Origin: a bacterium | Lineage (GTDB): Bacteria; Patescibacteriota; Patescibacteriia; UBA10025 | NCBI GenBank assembly: GCA_021815445.1 | Contig: JAKAGM010000002.1 | Coordinates: forward strand, 225,345 to 289,344 | DNA: 64,000 nt | Direction of reading: 5' to 3' | Part shown: piece by piece, positions 47,339-56,975 of the stretch | How the letters are laid out: each line of letters begins with the position of its first letter | Numbering within the stretch: position 1 is the first letter of the stretch | The notes under the pieces: model-generated | The model's database searches: none | The model's input: only the letters and a program-made list of their open reading frames with translations | Told to the model about the DNA's origin: nothing | Made by a program: the position numbers and the translations under genes

Positions 47339-48864
47339 AACTTTTTTACCAGACCTTTATTCGCATCCACTTCCACCTTGTCTCCGTCTTTGAGCACTTT
47401 CGTGGCAATTTTCGTTCCGATGACGCAGGGGATATTCAATTCCCGTGAAACAATTGCCGCATGCGACGTCACTCCGCCCTGTTCAGTGACAATTGCCGCA
47501 GCTTTTTTCATCGCTGGAACGATGTCAGGGTTGGTGGCGATTGAAACCAAGACATCTCCAGTTTTCATTTTCTTGAGATCGGCGATAACATTTATTATTC
47601 TCACATTGCCCTTAGCCTTGCCCAGGCAGGCAGTCTGGCCACTTAACTCTTTTATTTGTGCTGAATATTGTCGACTGACCTTTTTCTTCCAGGCTCTGGC
47701 CTTCGCCCCGTAAAAAAATTGATCAAATCCTTTTTCTGCGTAATAAATGCAAAAGGTCGCTCTTTTTTTAGAATCGGATCTCAGTGTATTGCTCACGCGC
47801 TCGCGTAACGAATGCATTACTTCCTCAGGCCGCAGATACCGAGTCTGAATCAGGGGAAGTTTTAAGCGGCGGCTTAATTCCGCAAAGATAAAATCCATTT
47901 TATAGGCCCAGTAAATTTGTGCGTCTCGGCGATAGGCCTTAGTTACCGCAAACTCAGCATACACATCAAAAAGTGTTTGCTCTTTTTTACTCAGCGCGAG
48001 CAGTTTTGCCAACTTTGTTTTTTCTTGCATCGCCTGGCGCCTCACTACTTCCTCTTTCTTAACTATGTTTGCCGCCAGTTCACCCGATTTCGTCAGCTTG
48101 CGTATTTCTTTTGTAATATCAGCCCGAGTATATACGCCCTGCAAACCGAACCATAAATGCTTTAGGTGGAAAAATCTCTGCAGGTGTTTTTGGACCGCTT
48201 TCTCCAGTCCTGCCGCTGGATGCTTTGCTTGTTTGAGCGCTGCCAGTCTCAGGAGTGATTCGTGCTCCTGATTAAGGATACTTTTTTCCGCAGATACCGA
48301 CATGGTTACCAGCGCTGCGCTTACCTCATCGAGCGGTAATTTTTCTCCCAAAAGAGATTTGAGGTAGCCGGTAAAATTGTTGTGAAACATGTCAACCGCG
48401 TTCGGCAGCCAGCCCCAGGTATAGAGTGTCGTGTGCAATCTGTCGAGATCAACATAGATCCGCGCTAGCCGTTCGTTTGAGAGCAGTTGAAGCGCCTGGG
48501 GTGAAATTGTACCTGCCGCGCGCTTTAACTTATCTGAATACTCTCTGATATGGGCATTCACTGTTACGCCAAAGCGAGGACTCTGTATGAGCAAGTTCAG
48601 TAGATGTTGGCCGAAGGCAAAAGAATCCTTTTCGCCGTAATAAAATTTCAAATCGCGGCCATGGTATACGCAAAGAATTTTTTTGTAATTTCTGCCGCAA
48701 GTTTTTTCCAGATCATTGACAAAAGACGTAAGCCAAATTTCCGAAAACTGGAAATCAAGCTCGGGAATGTCTTCTGCGAGCATCCAAGGGTCTGTATCAT
48801 TGAGAAATTTGGGCCGTCGTCGTGCCATACCCTTACTATACCCGTTTTTACGCAATAAAATCAA
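47335..48864 (-). CDS. PEP-utilizer swivel-domain paralog 8 (509 aa)
   Basis: C-terminal [49 protein letters not shown]. Confidence 0.7.
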   Translation of the reverse strand: [509 protein letters not shown]

Positions 48865-48902
48865 TGGTCGTCGTTTGGGTTGCGGCGATTTTTTGAGCTG
48901 TC

Positions 48903-50501
48903 TTAAGAGATTTTTCGTATCACGCCGTTTGTTGCATCAACCATTACTTTGTCCCCGTCTTTCAGTATTTTATCCGCGCCCGGAACGCCGACGATGCACG
49001 GCGTACGAAGTTCCCGAGCCACAATAGCTGTGTGGCAGGTGAGTCCTCCGGATTCGCTGACGAGGGCGGCAGCTTTTTTCATGGCAGGAACGAGGTTCGG
49101 GTTCGTATTATGCGCGACGAGAATATCGCCTTTATGCATCTTTCCCATATCTTCGGGGATGTTGATGATTTTTACTGTTCCCCGCACTTTCCCGGGGCAT
49201 GCCGGTGTGCCCGACAGTTCATCAGTCTTGTGTAGGTGCAATTTCTCTTTATGGATCCGTTGAAAAAGCTTTTTGGCGCGATTGCCGCTCACGATGTTAT
49301 GACTGTGACGGTCGATATACGCGAGCGCAAAAAGCTGCCGCTGGTTGAGCTCATGGACGTTAAACTTTCTGTGGAGCAATGCGGGTACGATCTCGCTGGT
49401 CTTCATTGCCCATAGCTGGGCGATGGTGAGGCCGAGCCGCTTTCCGATTTCACGCAACAGCGGGTCGTACCCGTACATGCCATGGTAGATTGTTTCTTTC
49501 CGGAACCCTTTAATAAAGACCATCTGCTGCGCGAGATAGAGGAGTTTGCGCAGTCGCGGCGTGAGCGAAAGTTCCCCGGCGAGCACCCGCTGTGTATGCA
49601 GGAGCCGCAAGCGTTCAGCCGCCATCTTCCTCGCCATACTGCGCGGTGATGCCGCGCTGCGCATGAGCTGTTGCCACCGCTCAAGATATTCGCTCACGGG
49701 TGTCGCCGGCCCGCGGTACTGGTAATTGAGCCAGCAATATTTCCGATGGTGCGCGGTGATGGCACGGACCAATGCAGAATTTTTAACCCTGAGTTTTCCA
49801 AGTATGTGGTTGATGCGGGATGTCCTGAAGGTGTTTCGCGCGAACTGATTATCGTCTATCTTGACCGCTATGTTCAGGAAATCTTTTTCTTCGCGCGTTA
49901 TTGTGCTTTCCTGCCGGGGAGTGGTGAGGATGCTGAATACATCCGCGATGTGCCTCGGACTTCCGCACATTTTAAGATGCTGGTTGAGTTCATCCCATAT
50001 ACCTTTGGTTACGCGCTCATTTTCTGCATCAGCCAACCAGCTCACTGATGCGCCGTAGCCATTTTGCTTCCCGTGGGGAATCAGGCATGCTTTATACAGT
50101 GCGATAAGCTGATTGTCGGTTTTTTCGTTGAGTCGGCTTGTCAGTATCCGCTTTGACGCGCGCACAAAGTCTTTTGACCATCGCTCTACTTTAGCTATCC
50201 ATCGCAGGGCCCAGTCAGGATCCCGCAGCATCTTCGTGGCAAGGAAATCTGCCTGGGCGTCAAATTCTTTCCGCAGAAAGTACATCCGGCAAAAATCTCC
50301 CTCGAGGTACGAGAAGTAATGAGTGATATGGTTTCCGAGCGCCGCCTGGGGCCATTTCCATACCATGTACTCGGTCGGCTCGCTCATAAAAAAAACGCTC
50401 GTCTGAGCAACCTCAGCCGTACACGCCCATACTTGCCTGTAGGGAAGATTTTTCATAACGGTACAGATGGTATTTTCCCTCTTTTTTCGCAAAAAAGTCA
50501 A
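48903..50501 (-). CDS. PEP-utilizer swivel-domain paralog 9 (532 aa)
   Basis: C-terminal [61 protein letters not shown]. Confidence 0.7.
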   Translation of the reverse strand: [532 protein letters not shown]

Positions 50502-50536
50502 TCAATCGTCACCTATCCCCGGATATCCTGCGAGAT

Positions 50537-50565
50537 CCCAAAAGACCCTCGATATTCGAGGGTCT
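50537..50565 (-). terminator. Rho-independent terminator downstream of HU gene
   Basis: Palindrome GACCCTCGATATTCGAGGGTC followed by U-run on minus strand. Confidence 0.55.
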
Positions 50566-50590
50566 CAGGTATTGTCGACAATACTCGGTA

Positions 50591-50875
50591 TTAGAGGATT
50601 GCCTCTTTTGCAGCCTTTGCCACCCGGAACTTCACGACCGTCTTGGCCGGAATCTGAATGGTTTCGCCTGTCGCAGGGTTTCGACCCTGGCGTGCAGCGC
50701 GATTCTTTTTGACCAGTTTCCCGAATCCAGGCACGGTGAATTCACCGTTTGCCTTAACCTCTTTGTAGGCTGTTTCAGCCAAGAGATCCAGGAGACCAGC
50801 CACATCTTTCCGTGAATGCCCTGACTTTTCGGCGAGGTAGCCGATCAGAGCTGACTTGCTCATGCCTTTTGCCAT
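50591..50875 (-). CDS. hup: HU family DNA-binding protein
   Basis: MAKGMSKSALIGYLAEKSG..GFGKLVKKNRAARQGRNPATGETIQIPAKTVVKFRVAKAAKEAI. Confidence 0.85.
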   Translation of the reverse strand: MAKGMSKSALIGYLAEKSGHSRKDVAGLLDLLAETAYKEVKANGEFTVPGFGKLVKKNRAARQGRNPATGETIQIPAKTVVKFRVAKAAKEAIL

Positions 50876-51190
50876 AGGTGTAAGATGTGCCTTAATGGTT
50901 AGGACTGGTGAAAAGTATAGCAAATCCCGCGAAAAGGCGAAAGAGAGCGGTCAAGATTGATTTTTCCACAGGAGATTTTTGCCCTAAGAACGGCTAAAAT
51001 TTGCCGTTATCTTTCCCGAATCAACGATTGCACAAAGGATGTGCTATACTGCATATACGAGTCTCATTTAAACATTCATTTTCCTAAGAATTCCATATAT
51101 TTCTATGAATAAAAAAAGAAAGGTGGCGCTCAAGAAGCACCGAAAAAGCGCGAAGAAAAAAATCCTCTCTCTCCGATACAGATAACCGCT

Positions 51191-52399
51191 ATGCGCCGGG
51201 GGTTGATTGTCGCCGCAGTACTCGTTGCGGGTTTTTTTGTCATCCGGCCGGTGCACGCGGAACTGATTGACCGCGTAAGCGGCATGGTCCTCCTCCAGGT
51301 CCAATCCCACAGCGAGATGTGGTACGTCGATCCGGTGACAAAGTACAGGAGTTTCCTCGGGACATCTGACGATTATTATTCGCTGATACGGACAAAAGCT
51401 TTGGGTGTTACCAATGAAACTCTTGCCAAAATCCCGACGTCAGACAGTACGGCGACGGGAGATCTCGCCCTGAGGAAACGCCTCTCGGGCAGGATTCTCT
51501 TGCAGGTGCAAGACGGGGGGAAGGCCTGGTACGTCTGGCCGACGACGCAAAAGCGATATGCTCTCGGCAAGCCGAGCGACGCGTTCGCGACATTTTGGCG
51601 CCTGGGGCTTGGCATCACCAACGCCAACCTCGCGTTGATTGCCAGCGAAGGATCGCCGGTGAATACATATACATTTAAAAGTATTGCAACGTCGCGAGGA
51701 AGCTTCGTGGTCCATCTGATGACTATCGATCTCGCCAATTCAGGATTGACCGTCCTGACCGACACCGGCAACACTGTTAACTGTACAGATGCGTGCCCTG
51801 TGAGATCACTCCTGAGTTATGTACAGTCGGACAGGGGGTTCGCGGGCATCCACGGGACGTATTTCTGCCCCCCGGACTATGCGTCATGCGCGGGCCAGGT
51901 GAATTCATATTTGTATCCCGTCTATAATTCCAATCTCGGTTATTTCATAAATAATGAACGGCTGCCGTACACCAACAGCCCGCTTCTTGCCTTTGACGGT
52001 AACAATACGCCGTACTTCTTTTTGCGCACGCACGATTTCTATTCCAAAGCCCAGTTTGAATCAAGATACAATACCCGCCTCAACGCGGCGATTTCCAACG
52101 GCCCCGCGCTTATATATAACGGGAGCAATGTCGTCGCAAGCGAGCCCATGGACACGAAACAGCTGACGGTCAAGGGCAACCGGGGCGGCATAGGCATGAA
52201 AGGGATGACTATGTATCTCATCATTGCCCAAAACGCGACTGTTCCGGATCTCGCCGCTGTGATGGAGTCGCTGAAAGTCGATAACGCCATGAATTTGGAC
52301 GGCGGGGGATCCAGCGCGATGTATTTTAACGGGAGCTACAAAGCGGGGCCGGGGAGACTGTTGCCGAATGCCATCGTAATTAAAGAGAGAGGGATATAA
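51191..52399 (+). CDS. Secreted phosphodiester glycosidase (NAGPA/DUF2233) family protein with N-terminal tandem repeats
   Basis: Signal peptide; two LLQVQ..WYV.P..R..LG repeats; C-terminal NLDGGGSSAMY motif. Confidence 0.55.
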   Translation: MRRGLIVAAVLVAGFFVIRPVHAELIDRVSGMVLLQVQSHSEMWYVDPVTKYRSFLGTSDDYYSLIRTKALGVTNETLAKIPTSDSTATGDLALRKRLSGRILLQVQDGGKAWYVWPTTQKRYALGKPSDAFATFWRLGLGITNANLALIASEGSPVNTYTFKSIATSRGSFVVHLMTIDLANSGLTVLTDTGNTVNCTDACPVRSLLSYVQSDRGFAGIHGTYFCPPDYASCAGQVNSYLYPVYNSNLGYFINNERLPYTNSPLLAFDGNNTPYFFLRTHDFYSKAQFESRYNTRLNAAISNGPALIYNGSNVVASEPMDTKQLTVKGNRGGIGMKGMTMYLIIAQNATVPDLAAVMESLKVDNAMNLDGGGSSAMYFNGSYKAGPGRLLPNAIVIKERGI

Positions 52400-52500
52400 T
52401 CGACTTTTTTTAAAGCGGGATCCTGAATTGAGTTCAAGATGGTTTGTATAACCCGCTGAAGTTATTACGGTGCAATTTGAAAATAATTATTTGATACGAT

Positions 52501-52537
52501 AAAAAAACTCCCAGCTCTACCTATTCAGAGCTGGGAT
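52501..52537 (-). terminator. Rho-independent terminator (minus strand)
   Basis: Hairpin CCCAGCTCT..AGAGCTGGG followed by U-run on minus strand. Confidence 0.55.
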
Positions 52538-52896
52538 GCGCATGACCCCGTCTACGCTCGGAGTGTTTCATGCGCTCATAGTGGATGAAGGTATCGTACT
52601 TGGCGTTTTAATGTTCCTGTCCCCGTTCAGGTCGTATACCAGGCGACGCAGGCCAGTACACATTCCTGTTGCCCTCGCGAAAGTAGAAATAGAGGAGTAT
52701 CGCGAAGGGGCCGCCCGTTGCGATCATGACCACCCACTGCCACAGTATTACCAGCGGTGTGGCAACCAACTTCCATGTGAAAAAGCGCACTTGACCTCCC
52801 TTCTGTCAGTTGCCCGGCACACGGTGTCGTGCGGCAGGTAAAAAAAGATCAGGCGGACTGCAATGCCTGATCATATTTTCGCTCCGCACTCGCGTG

Positions 52897-53295
52897 CTAT
52901 TCCTGGGTCGTTTCGACCCAGATTTCTTTGACCGGAGTTCTCCGGAAATCCGACTCGCCTTTCCGAAGGTCCCCGAGGCCGAACTTTTCGCCAGGCTGGA
53001 TGGTCCCAATCTGTACCTTAGAGGTGTGCTCCAGGATCTGCATCTGTCGGAATCCATCCGTGGGCCAGCCGGCAAATACATCGTCAATCGAACGCGGAGA
53101 TCGCGAACTCAGCCGTTGTATCTGGACGGAAGTGTCCGCCGAGACTGGTCCCTGGATAAGGTACATGGCGCCGCTTTCCACCACCACGATGGCGCGGAAG
53201 ATTCCCCCGTAGTAGTCAACGGGGTCAAATTTCGCCACCTTTCCTCGACTCGGCTGCTTCTGCGCGCGAACCTTTTTTACAACGAGCGTTGGCAT
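52897..53295 (-). CDS. Hypothetical protein (132 aa)
   Basis: Minus-strand ORF preferred over overlapping plus-strand ORF because of downstream minus-strand terminator and more protein-like composition. Confidence 0.3.
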   Translation of the reverse strand: MPTLVVKKVRAQKQPSRGKVAKFDPVDYYGGIFRAIVVVESGAMYLIQGPVSADTSVQIQRLSSRSPRSIDDVFAGWPTDGFRQMQILEHTSKVQIGTIQPGEKFGLGDLRKGESDFRRTPVKEIWVETTQE

Positions 53296-53836
53296 TGTAG
53301 TGCCTCCTTACTATCGGAAGAAGAACCGTTTGTATTTCGTTACTCAACCTTTCCTTCTGAATCGTACATAACGTTCTATCATGAATCAATGAAGGTGTCA
53401 ATAGGCGGTGAGGGGTGCTGAATAAACCCTGAAGAATGGTGCGGGAAGCTCGACATTTTTTATTGTGATACAGCATACAAAGTCCGCTTGACAAAGAAAA
53501 ACATTGCGAGGAAGATTAATCTATAATCGACCTTTTACACCAACCGCCACGGTTTTTCCGTGGTATGGAAAAAAGACCCGTATTCGCGAACATTCGTGCA
53601 AGGAGGTGATGCCATGGCATGAGAATACCGACGGTTACGTAGCACCTGTCTCACTCACGGAGTACTTTCGGATCCGGGGGATCTGTCCTTGTTTTTTCAA
53701 GTATGGATAGTTGGATCCAGTATTACACGGTGAGAATGTCAGTCTCTTAGCCGCCCCTTTTTCCGGCTCGGGACTGAAGGGGGGATCAACACCAAACTCT
53801 CTCCCCTTTTTTTCGGGGAGAGGAAGGCTGGTAACA

Positions 53837-54304
53837 ATGAGGAAGTGGATTCTTGTTGGAGTCGTGGCAGTGGCTTTCTTGGCGCTTGTGGTGGGTTGCC
53901 AGAGTGACCAGAAGATCAACAGCCCGGCCTCAGCATTCACCGCGATGTACATGGGCGGCACCACCTATCAAGTCCGTGCGCCCGATGCATCTCTGCACAT
54001 GTACACCTTCAGGAGTTATGAAGGGACATCAACGGTCGATCATCTGTCGATGGCCAACAAGGTGGTGGCATTCTTCAATGACCGTAGCCTTGCGAGAATG
54101 CGACCCGGCCAGGATGTTGCACGTGATGGTATTACGGCAATCGGCATCGATGGACACGCCGAGGCCGCAAAGTTGTACGGAGATCCGACGCTATTTACAT
54201 CCTTTGGTCTGAATCAACCCGTAGCCGGGCTGGAAGATGTCTACCTGGCTACTCTGGCGCAGGCCGAAGACCTCGCACAGATGGTCAAGACATACGCGGG
54301 GTAG
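53837..54304 (+). CDS. Putative lipoprotein
   Basis: Signal peptide with lipobox LVVGC after RBS AGGAAGG; start at MRKWIL. Confidence 0.5.
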   Translation: MRKWILVGVVAVAFLALVVGCQSDQKINSPASAFTAMYMGGTTYQVRAPDASLHMYTFRSYEGTSTVDHLSMANKVVAFFNDRSLARMRPGQDVARDGITAIGIDGHAEAAKLYGDPTLFTSFGLNQPVAGLEDVYLATLAQAEDLAQMVKTYAG

Positions 54305-54415
54305 TCTCGCGAGATCATAGTGTGTTCCCCTTGCCTCCTCATCGGTGGCAAGGGATTTTCTTATGGAATGAGCATAGACGAAGGCGGGTAATTTTGTTAC
54401 AATCGTTTCGCTTGT

Positions 54416-55417
54416 ATGAAAGTCCTTCTTGCACAACCCAGAGGATTCTGTGCCGGAGTCGACAGGGCAATCGACGTTGTTGAGTTAGCGCTGAAAGTAT
54501 ACGGCAAGCCCGTCTACGTCAAGCACGCCATAGTGCACAATGACCACGTTGTTCGCGGTCTCGAGGACAAAGGCGCTGTGTTCGTCGAAAATGTTGTTGA
54601 GATTCCCGAGGGTGCACACGCCGTGTTCAGCGCTCACGGGAGCCCGCCGTCAGATTACGAAGCGGCGAGAGCCAGGCACCTTGAGCTGATTGATGCGACC
54701 TGTCCGCTTGTCACCAAGGTACACCTCGAAGCGAAACGGTTCGGCAAGGAAGGATACACAATCCTTTTAGTCGGCCACAAAGGTCATGTTGAGCTGGTTG
54801 GAACTGGCGGGGAGGCGCCAGGGAAGGCGATTGTTCTCGAGACTGTCGACGATGTCCAACAGCTGCAGCTCCCTGCGGATGTCCGAACAGTTATCCTCAC
54901 ACAAACTACGCTCTCGGTGGATGATACGCGAGAGGTGATTGAGGCGATTAGGAAAAAGTTCCCGCAAACAGTCTTGCCTCCGTCGTCTGACATCTGCTAT
55001 GCGACGACAAACCGCCAGCGCGCCGTGAAGGAGCTGGCGAAACATGTTCAGCTGGTCTTAGTCGTCGGGTCGCAAACAAGCTCGAATACTAATCGGCTTG
55101 TTGAAGTGGCAAAAGCGCACGGCGTGGCCGCGTACCGGATCAACTCGTCGGACGACATCAATCCTGACTGGCTCAAGGGCGTGGAAAGTGTCGGTGTGAC
55201 ATCAGGCGCGTCGGCGCCCGAAGACCTCGTGCAATCTGTTGTCCAATATCTACGGACACGCGGCGCGGCAGCAGTTGAAGATTTCACTGTACTTCAAGAA
55301 CGCGTATGGTTCAATCTTCCTCAGGAAATTCGCGACGCCGCGAAAAAACGGGGAATTGATACTTCCCTGGTTCAAAAGCATCATATAGCCTCCGATCACC
55401 GGATGGGGACCGCCTGA
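54416..55417 (+). CDS. ispH: 4-hydroxy-3-methylbut-2-enyl diphosphate reductase
   Basis: MKVLLAQPRGFCAGVDRAI N-terminus and overall LytB pattern with three conserved Cys regions. Confidence 0.85.
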   Translation: MKVLLAQPRGFCAGVDRAIDVVELALKVYGKPVYVKHAIVHNDHVVRGLEDKGAVFVENVVEIPEGAHAVFSAHGSPPSDYEAARARHLELIDATCPLVTKVHLEAKRFGKEGYTILLVGHKGHVELVGTGGEAPGKAIVLETVDDVQQLQLPADVRTVILTQTTLSVDDTREVIEAIRKKFPQTVLPPSSDICYATTNRQRAVKELAKHVQLVLVVGSQTSSNTNRLVEVAKAHGVAAYRINSSDDINPDWLKGVESVGVTSGASAPEDLVQSVVQYLRTRGAAAVEDFTVLQERVWFNLPQEIRDAAKKRGIDTSLVQKHHIASDHRMGTA

Positions 55418-55559
55418 AGGCTGCTTTGGTGGGGAAGCGAAGCTGTACTGCTGACGTTGCGCAGTGGGTTATTTATTAAATATGCGCACCGTAATACAAT
55501 TCCGCTCCCCGCATATGTTACTCGGAGAGCCGCAGGAAGTGTTACACTAAATCCTCCGG

Positions 55560-56264
55560 CTATTTCGGTGGAGGATTTTGCGGTCCGTACGTAGCTTCCT
55601 CGTCCAGCTCGCTTACGGCGACAAACCGCTTCAGCGCCGTACCGACAGGCCAGGAGGTTTGGAGCGTCAAAAGTTTTCGCTCGTTGTTCTGTTGGTCAAG
55701 AACCGACGTGTCCTTCGGACCGACGATTTTTGTTTCAGTCACCTTGTATATGAAAAGTTTGCCTTCATGGTTGGTTATGCGAACAACAGTGCCGATCGGA
55801 ATATCGACAAGCGGTTTAAATACCTGCTTATAGTTTCCCGGCTTCCATTTATAATCTGACGAATGGCCGAAGATGTACATGTTTCCCGCTTCACCCGGCA
55901 GGGCGGTATCCGGGTAGTGGACAACGCCTTTTGTCAGGGCATCCTGAAAAGTCTTTTCATCCGCTCCATCTATATATACGATCGGGGCGTCAATTTTTCT
56001 GTCAGCAATGACTAGGTGGTCGGGCGTCCCTTTTTCAAGAGGGATGCGGGGCGGAGCGGGCTTGTCGCCGCTTGCCGGGAGCTTTCCCGAACCGTTCATA
56101 TTCGAAGTCAGGACAATATCAGTTTGTCCCTGCCAACGGGCAAAGACGATGCCCCCGGCAATAATTACCGCTCCAAGAGCCGCCATAACAATGAAGTACT
56201 GTTTCTTACTTAATCTCAATTTCATAGTAGGGTTGATTGTAGCAGGAGTTTCTGGCGTGTTCAA
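55560..56264 (-). CDS. Sortase-family protein with Ser in place of the TLxTC catalytic Cys
   Basis: N-terminal TM; sortase fold motifs (VHYPDTALPGEAGNMYIFGHS, KIVGPKDTSVL, KLLTLQTSWP, downstream Arg); codon TCC encodes Ser where Cys is expected. Confidence 0.55.
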   Translation of the reverse strand: MNTPETPATINPTMKLRLSKKQYFIVMAALGAVIIAGGIVFARWQGQTDIVLTSNMNGSGKLPASGDKPAPPRIPLEKGTPDHLVIADRKIDAPIVYIDGADEKTFQDALTKGVVHYPDTALPGEAGNMYIFGHSSDYKWKPGNYKQVFKPLVDIPIGTVVRITNHEGKLFIYKVTETKIVGPKDTSVLDQQNNERKLLTLQTSWPVGTALKRFVAVSELDEEATYGPQNPPPK

Positions 56265-56453
56265 TAGGCGGGCGGATCATGTGGAGAGCGCAGGCGCAGC
56301 GGCCTGCGCTGGGCGTTTTTTATATGTTTATCAAGGATTTTCATATATTCTGACTCCACATTGGAGAAAAGGGCATCTTGACAGTACTGCTACTGTGGCG
56401 TAGAATCATATGAAAACTTCAAAACGCACACTTTCCATGAGAAGGAGTCAAAG

Positions 56454-56897
56454 ATGACGTCTGGAAACTGGAAGAGGGTTGTTGCTTTGGACCCGTCGCA
56501 ACTGAAAGAGGGCGGCGGGGTACTCATTGCGACCATCAATGGAGTCGTGTACCTTATAACACCGCATGAGAAGAAGAAAGGTATGTTCAGGATGGACCAC
56601 GCCTTCTCCATTCATGAACTCTACGACGAGGAGGCCCTCGTACAGAAGATTCGCGACCATGAGAGCGGTGATCCGCCGCACGGGTGGCATGCGGGGCGTG
56701 TGGAGGTTTCCTTCGTCAGGAATGAGATTCCTCTCAAAATCGACATTACTGCCCCGATCGAAGTTGCCCGTCCGATGCTCTATGTCGTCTACTTCGACCC
56801 CGATGCTGCCAGCTGGGACTCACTGCATCTTACACAGGAAGTCGCGGAGATTCGAGTGAGTGATGGCCCTATCGTGTGGGCAAAAGAAACGCGATAA
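56454..56897 (+). CDS. Hypothetical protein (147 aa)
   Basis: Intact ORF with plausible composition; no recognisable motif. Confidence 0.4.
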   Translation: MTSGNWKRVVALDPSQLKEGGGVLIATINGVVYLITPHEKKKGMFRMDHAFSIHELYDEEALVQKIRDHESGDPPHGWHAGRVEVSFVRNEIPLKIDITAPIEVARPMLYVVYFDPDAASWDSLHLTQEVAEIRVSDGPIVWAKETR

Positions 56898-56975
56898 CAC
56901 CGACTAAGCTGTTTAAACAGCTGAGGGCAGATAGCGATATCTGCTCTATTTTCTTTTTCATGGTATTCTATCAGT

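Noticed and set aside
35857-49263. Plus-strand ORFs of 60-130 aa lying antisense to the conserved C-terminal domain of each swivel paralog (35857-36147, 37536-37724, 41937-42254, 44200-44577, 45978-46196, 47318-47713, 48949-49263)
   Set aside because: They recur only because the conserved coding sequence on the minus strand is itself repeated. Translations are low-complexity (FVAIFVPTTQGI..), have no starts with RBS context, and are fully contained within well-supported minus-strand genes.
33688-50501. Possibility that the periodic ~120-aa repeats represent a CRISPR array or non-coding tandem repeat
   Set aside because: The repeated units are protein-coding domain ends about 1.1-2.1 kb apart, similar at protein level but diverged at DNA level, with no short direct repeats or spacers; no cas genes in the window.
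52810-53421. 203-aa plus-strand ORF
   Set aside because: Overlaps a more protein-like minus-strand ORF (52897-53295) that is followed by a minus-strand terminator at 52501-52537; plus-strand translation is Arg/Ser-rich and motif-free.
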